Below are positions 57,556 through 64,000 of a stretch of DNA of 64,000 nucleotides, one piece after another. Below the pieces are notes generated by a model. That model saw nothing but the letters and a program-made list of their open reading frames with translations. It was not told the origin of the DNA and ran no database searches. This DNA is from the human T2T-CHM13v2.0 reference genome, Homo sapiens. Numbering within the stretch: position 1 is the first letter of the stretch; each line of letters starts with the position of its first letter. Where the stretch lies: the NCBI RefSeq assembly GCF_009914755.1, contig NC_060942.1. The stretch is one strand, 5' to 3'. The position numbers and the translations under genes were made by a program.

Positions 57556-59629
57556 GTTACCCATATGTTTCCAGTCTTAGCCGACAGTGACTAAGAAGTA
57601 ATGACACAGTTCCTCTCTATGCCCACGTTCTAGCCACGCAGCACTCCAGTCGGCTTAACATTATACATTTGCCCATCCCATAAGTCCCCCATAGTTCTGT
57701 GTCTCCAATGGGGTGGCTCAGGGCCTCACACTGACCCCAGGTCTCCTGGCCCTCCTGTCAGCTCCAGCACCTGAGGGCACCACCATCCCCTCTAGGCTGA
57801 GTTGGGTGCTCCCTATGCTTACAGCCCTGCAACATCAGAGTGCTGCTGGCCTGGGATGCAAGTAGGAGAGGGGCTGCCTCCCTAGCCTGGGGCCACACTG
57901 CATCCCAGAGCAGCGCCCTTGTGGTCAAGCGAATTCTGCCTGGGCCTGGTCCTCACACCCCTGGCCACAGGCCCCCAGCCCTGCCTGCAGCCTCAGCCCT
58001 TCCTGCTCCTGCCCCCACCTGCTCCTGCCCCCACCCACTCCTCCCCCCACCACTTCTGCCCCCGCCTGCTCCTGCCCCTTGACCCAACTCCCAACTCCAA
58101 GGCCTCACTGGACCCGCAGTTCTAAAAGAAGGAAAACCTTCCTTACACATCTCATAAACACACCGCAAAGGAGGAGTGATGGGGAGAAGAAACCCCACCG
58201 CCCATGCCCCAGCTGCCTCCCTGGCTCCTTCATGGGCCCAGAACCCCATGACCCATTACCCTGAGTGCACAGAAAGTTCCCTAGCTTCTTCCCAGACATC
58301 CCGTCCTAATGGCCCACCATGCTCCAGAAAGCAGGCCTGGATTTCAGACCTACCGGGCTTGGAGACACCCCAGCGGCTTGAGCATCTTGACACTCTTGCT
58401 GCACCACAGACCAGTCACCTAGACTTTCTGGGGCACTGGGGATATGGCTGTACTCTTTAAAGCTTCCCAAGAGATTGTCCATGGACCGAGATAATTCTCG
58501 AAGGTTATCAATATCCTAAGCTAAAAGCGGTAGTGGAACTGCTGACGCAGATGGTTTCTTAAATTTTATTTTGTCAAATTAAGTACAACGAAGAGCTAAA
58601 CGGTTTTTGGAAATAGATATCATGACTTGAATCAGGAGATGGCAGAAGCCTCCAGAATGGGGCCCATGTGATATCCTGGGCAGTGATTTGCTGCAGCAGC
58701 TGGGACCCAGGTGCCTTAGCTGTCTTTGCCTGATGGTTCTGAGCAGCTCCACCCTCCTTAATTAGCCCAAGGCTGGAATCAGGCTTGTGCAACATGAAGG
58801 TTTTGCAATTTAGGGATTGCCCTAAGAAAAGGAACTCAAAACTACACGTAAAAGAATGAAGCACAAAAGTGAATGCTTATTTAGAAGGAGCCTTTGGGGA
58901 GGAGCCCTGCACCTTAAATTTTATTGATTTCATGGTAGATAACGTCTATGACTCGGCTTCAATATCGTAGCACAGGCTGGGCTCTCTCTGGTGCTAATCA
59001 ACCATCAATCAAGCGTCACTGTCAAGCCATCCTTGCTTCTCGTGTGTGGATAACTGGTTGTGTTCTTAGGCCTTCCAAGGAGGGACTCCTATGTTCAAGG
59101 GCCACGAGGCTCTAGACAGTGGGCTGGCAGAGGCTGTACATTCTGTGCTATCTGTGCCAGGACTCCCCAGCCCTGCTCCCAACACTCCGTGGATGAATGG
59201 CAGTTATCTGCCGCATGCCTGACGGAACTAGCATTTCTATACTACAGTTCCATGCAGTGAAATTACTGGAAGACCCGGTCCTGGGCATCATTTCGCTCAT
59301 GCTTTTGTGCTTCACATGAGTTGCTTAAAGCAACTCACCCGCGATACTGTGGGTGGCTGGGGTATTCATTTCTCACCCTGGCCCAGGGGAGGCTGCTGTG
59401 CCCTGACAGTCAGCCCCTCGGCTAGGGGTTCGCACTGTCATCTCCTGGCTACAATTTCTGGTCTCCGCTAAGCATTCTTTTCTTCCCATTTCCCACCAAT
59501 TTTTCTTCCTCTTTTTATTTCTCTTCTTCCTTTTAGAACTACCAGTAACCCTCAGCTGCCCTAGACATTGCTCATGAGCGGGTTTGTTTGGCTGACTCTG
59601 CAGCGTGAGACATGGTTGGGCATAGGAGC

Positions 59630-59972
59630 TGTATGAGTCTGTTTCCACGCTGCTGATAAAGACATACCTGAGACTGGGCAATTTACAAAGGAAAGAGGTT
59701 TAAGGGACTTACAGTTCCACATGGCTGGGAGGCCTCACAATCATGGCTGAAGGTGAAAGGCATGTCTCACGTGGCGGCAGACAAGAGAAGAGGGTTTGTG
59801 CAGCGAAACTCTCCTTTTTAAAACCATCAGATCCCATGAGACGTATTCACTATCACGAGAACAACACAGGTAAGACCTGCCCCCATGATTCAATTACCTC
59901 CCATAGGGTCCCTCCCACAACATGTGGGAATTCAAGATAAGATTTGGCTGGGGATACAGCCAAACCATAATA
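59630..59972 (-). mobile_element. THE1 solo LTR (THE1B/C-like)
   Basis: gctgctgataaagacatacctgagactggg...cagccaaaccata with perfect 5-bp TSD ggagc at 59625-59629 and 59973-59977. Confidence 0.92.
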
Positions 59973-60051
59973 GGAGCCATTGGAGGATTGAGTCAAAGTG
60001 GTTTCAGGAGGCCAGGAACACAGAATCTGCTTTGTAACCCTATGTAAATAA

Positions 60052-60467
60052 TACGTGACTCAGGATAGCATGCTCCAAAATTCACGTCCACCTGGATTTC
60101 AGAACAGGACTTTATTTGGAAATAGGGCCTTTACTGATGTAATTCATTAAAATGAGGTCGTACTGAATTAGGGCAGGCCCTAAACCCAATGACTGATGTC
60201 CTTATAAGAAGAGGAGGGGCACACAGAGACACACAGGGACAAAGGCCATGTGAAGACAGAGCCGAGGTTGGAGTGACGTGACCCAGGAGCCCTGAGGTTT
60301 GCTGGGGAGGAAGGGTTCTCCCTCATGGCTGCAGAGATGGCGTGTCCCTGACAGTGACTTGACCTCAGACTTCTGGTCTCTGGATCTGTGAGACCATGCA
60401 TTTCTGGGTTTTGTGAGCCATCCAGTTTGTGCAATTTGTTACCACAGCCCCAGGCACCCAAAATACA
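60052..60467 (+). mobile_element. MaLR LTR (MLT1B/C-like)
   Basis: ttatttggaaatagggcc...ccctaaacccaatgactgatgtccttataagaagagg...aataca. Confidence 0.8.
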
Positions 60468-61007
60468 TGGAAATAAATTACTTTGATAAACCAAGTCTCC
60501 AGTGTGTGGCTGACTGTAAGGTACTGAGAGAGAAAAACACTGCAACTTGCCTGTTTATGCCTGGATTTTTCAGCGTGGCTTTCATTTCCTAATTAAATGC
60601 AAGACCTTAAAGCAAATGGGTCCAGGAAAGGTAATACATTGATTTGACTCAGACTTAATGGTAAGTGATGTTTCTGAGCCAAACATTGTTTTGAAAACCT
60701 TACTTGGGCACTGACAGTGCCAAGTATTTGAATGCAAACAGAAAATGCAGTCACATAAGTGAACATTTCTTCATGCATTTGGTTATTTTGCTATGTCTGA
60801 AGAAGGAATGAAAATCTCCGGTCTCTGCTTGCGGACTCTGTGTGGTAACACATGAGGCACAGGGCGTGGGCTGGCGTTTGGCCTGCCTCCTGCTTTCTTC
60901 CATTCCTCTGGCCCTGGGTAGACTGCTATCACCTAAAGCACACAGAACTTTGGATATTTGCAGGAACTTTTGATGGTTTCAATTTCCCTTTGCTTATCAA
61001 GGGTTTT

Positions 61008-61311
<304 letters not shown>

Positions 61312-61523
61312 CTTATCAAGGGTTTTAAAGCTGTTTATATTCTGAAACAGGCTAGTGCTTTTTTCTCCTCTCACATAAAAAGCAAGTTGGGAAAATAGTT
61401 TCAAACTGCCAATAAAAGGTGTAGAAATTATGAATGTTTTTAAATCCCCAAATATACCCTTCTCTTCTCAAATAAGAAAATGGAAGGTAACTGGAAAGTC
61501 AGTCCATCAAAAAGGGAAAATTA

Positions 61524-61835
61524 GGCTGGGCACAGTGTCTCATGCCTCTCTAATCCCAGCACTCTGGGAGGCTGACGCAGGCAGATCACTTGAGGTCAGG
61601 AGTTTGAGACCAGCCTGGCCAACATGGCAAAACCTCTTCTCTACTAAAAATACAAAAATAAGCTAGCCATGGTGGCACATGCCTGTACTCCCAGCTACTC
61701 AGAAGGCAGAGGCAGGAGAATCACTTGAACCCGGGGATGGAGGCTGCAGTGAACTGAGATCACACCACTGCACTCCAACCTGGGTGACAGAGTAAGACCC
61801 TGTTTAAAAAAAATAATAATACTTAATTAAAAATA
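61524..61835 (+). mobile_element. Alu (AluS-type)
   Basis: Full body with A-rich tail. Confidence 0.93.
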
Positions 61836-63190
61836 AAACAGGGAAATTGAAACCATCATCTCCTAACTGCCTTTACTTGCAGAAGAATAAACCACCTTGG
61901 CTTAGAAATAGTGATGATATAAAAAATCGTGAAACAGTAAGTACAACAGAGATGCTTTGGCAGAAATCTACTACGAGTTATTGATTAATGAGTATAATTT
62001 TGGGTGAACACATATATATTTTTATTATGTTTTAGTCCCTTTATTTTAAATCTGAAGTAAGCTGCAACAAGTGTTGTATGTTTATAATTAAATCCAGCAT
62101 TCAGTTCTTTTCTACATAATCCATGCAATACGAGGAGTGAGGACAAGCAAGATTCAACATAAAACAAAGGTTTTTTCCTGATTAATTAGTGAATATAACC
62201 TTCAAATATTTGGATTTTTAAAAAAATAAATGGGAAATGAATAATGGCATTCTTGCAGTATCTAGGGATGACATAAATCCAGAAGGCTCACCCCAGGCTC
62301 ACAGATGAATCCTGACAGTTTGTCACCTTGTAGAAGGTGACAAACCTGTCAATCAGCATGATTAGTTGCAAAGTTTCAAAATTAGCTTGAAGCTCACAAC
62401 GGCATGGTAATGAAAATACATTAGTAGAGTAGAATAGATGCAAATGATTATGATAAAAATAAATCATTTTATTCAAGCTATTGTCATAATACAATGCATA
62501 CATGAAAACAGAACCCAATAAGTAAACTCGGCCACCGGCCATCTCAGACCTTCCCAGCGTGGGCATCCGTGTGAGAGCCCGGGATTCTCAAAGCTCCCCT
62601 TGTGCTGCTCGTGGGGCAGCTGCCCGCTTCCGACCTGTGTGTTTCCTGAAGTCTCCTTTCGTGTGATGGGCCGCAGCATGACATAAATTCTCTCTTCATG
62701 TATTCAGGTACATGAACCTCTAACCACAAGTGGAGTGCTACCATTTCTCCCAACAAGAAGTTCACGGTTTTCTCTTTGAAATACAAAAAATGGGGGACTT
62801 TGTGAAGCCGTGCTTAGAAATGCCAAATGGAAATTAAACTACATTTTGAGAATTAAACTATATTTTGGAAATTCTGCCAAAGTTAACTTTTTTATGTTGA
62901 GCGTCTTTTTTTTTTCAATAAAAGACAAAAATGCATGAGTCCAGTCACCTTTCAGGGTTTTGGAAAGCCTAACAAGGATGTTTTCACAAATGTAGACAAG
63001 ACAGCCCCTCTTCTCAGCCACCACCCTCAGCTTGCCACACATGCAGGTTAAATGAAAGTAACTAGAAAGGTGGCAGATTACAGAGGAAAAAATATAGCCT
63101 CGAGGTTTGCTCTGAGGATCGAAGAATGAAATGAATAATGAAACGTACTTTGTGAACTGCTAAGCATTACAATTTTTGAACGGTACTGTT

Positions 63191-63495
63191 TCTTTTTTTT
63201 TTTTTTTTTTTTTTGAGACGGAGTCTCGCTCTGTCACCCAAGCTGGAGTGCAGTGGCAGGATCTTGGCTCATTGAAACCTCTACCTCCCGCATTCAAGCA
63301 ATTCTCCTGTCTCAGCCTCCTGAGTAGCTGAGACTAAAGATGTGCGCCACCACCCCAGCTAATTTTTGTATTTTTAGTAGAGGCGGGGTTTCACCATATT
63401 GGTCAGGCTGGCCTCGAACTCCTGACCTCAGGTGATCCACCCACCTAGGCCTCCCAAAGTGCTGGGATTACAGGCATGAGCCACCACACCTGGAC
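63191..63495 (-). mobile_element. Alu (AluS-type)
   Basis: TSD tgaacggta at 63177-63185 and 63496-63504. Confidence 0.93.
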
Positions 63496-63937
63496 TGAAC
63501 GGTATTTTTTAAAGGGCGTTTCTGCATTTTTCTTCGATTTAATGACTGCAAGAAACCTCAAGGGAAGTTACCATAATTTAGTTTCATATACGATCTAAAG
63601 ATTCAATTCAAGTATACCTGAAAACGTAGAACCATGTGAAGGCTATTTAAACAGCTGTCACACCCAGCTGGCGATTGGTCCAGCATCTCAAAACCTGTAC
63701 ATGAATCGAGGAAGGGGCTTTCTTTCCTTATGTCCAAGGACTGTACATATGGCAGAAATTTTGGACTGTGTTGCAGTTTTGCTGGGGTCAGGGATTATAC
63801 TTATTTTTTGCCTTGGATAGAATTAGATTGCCTATAGGCACTTATAACCTGCAAAAGTAGTTTTATGCATTTATTCAGATGTGCAGTCTCAGATTATAAG
63901 TAACTATAATCTTGAGTCTCAAACCTTTATAGTCTAC

Positions 63938-64000
63938 ATAAATATATATAAATACACATATGTGTACATATACACATAGATAATACATATATATATATAT
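63938..64000. repeat. (TA)/(CA)-rich simple repeat running off the window edge
   Basis: Direct reading. Confidence 0.85.

Overview
Human (primate) genomic DNA, repeat-rich, containing one complete protein-coding gene on the minus strand: DIPK1C (FAM69C/C18orf51, from recollection at 18q22.3). Four coding exons (36737-36934, 26277-26954, 21623-21787, 16174-16392) join through canonical GT-AG, all phase-0 introns into a 419-aa type II membrane, cysteine-rich divergent kinase. The gene has a CpG-island promoter and a candidate poly(A) signal at 15417-15422. The rest is Alu, L1, L2, MIR, LTR (ERVL, ERV1, MaLR) and DNA-transposon relics plus micro- and minisatellites. Almost all ORFs in the supplied track are artefacts. 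I found no convincing undescribed gene system. The best leads are regulatory or structural: a TALE-motif palindrome, a 28-bp TALE-motif tandem repeat near the promoter, an ETS-motif VNTR with higher-order structure, a co-oriented THE1 LTR with DUX4 motif and splice donor, a nested LTR with octamer motifs, a (GGAA)11 tract, and a recent 99-bp duplication. Repeat subfamily names are from recalled consensus sequences, not a database search.
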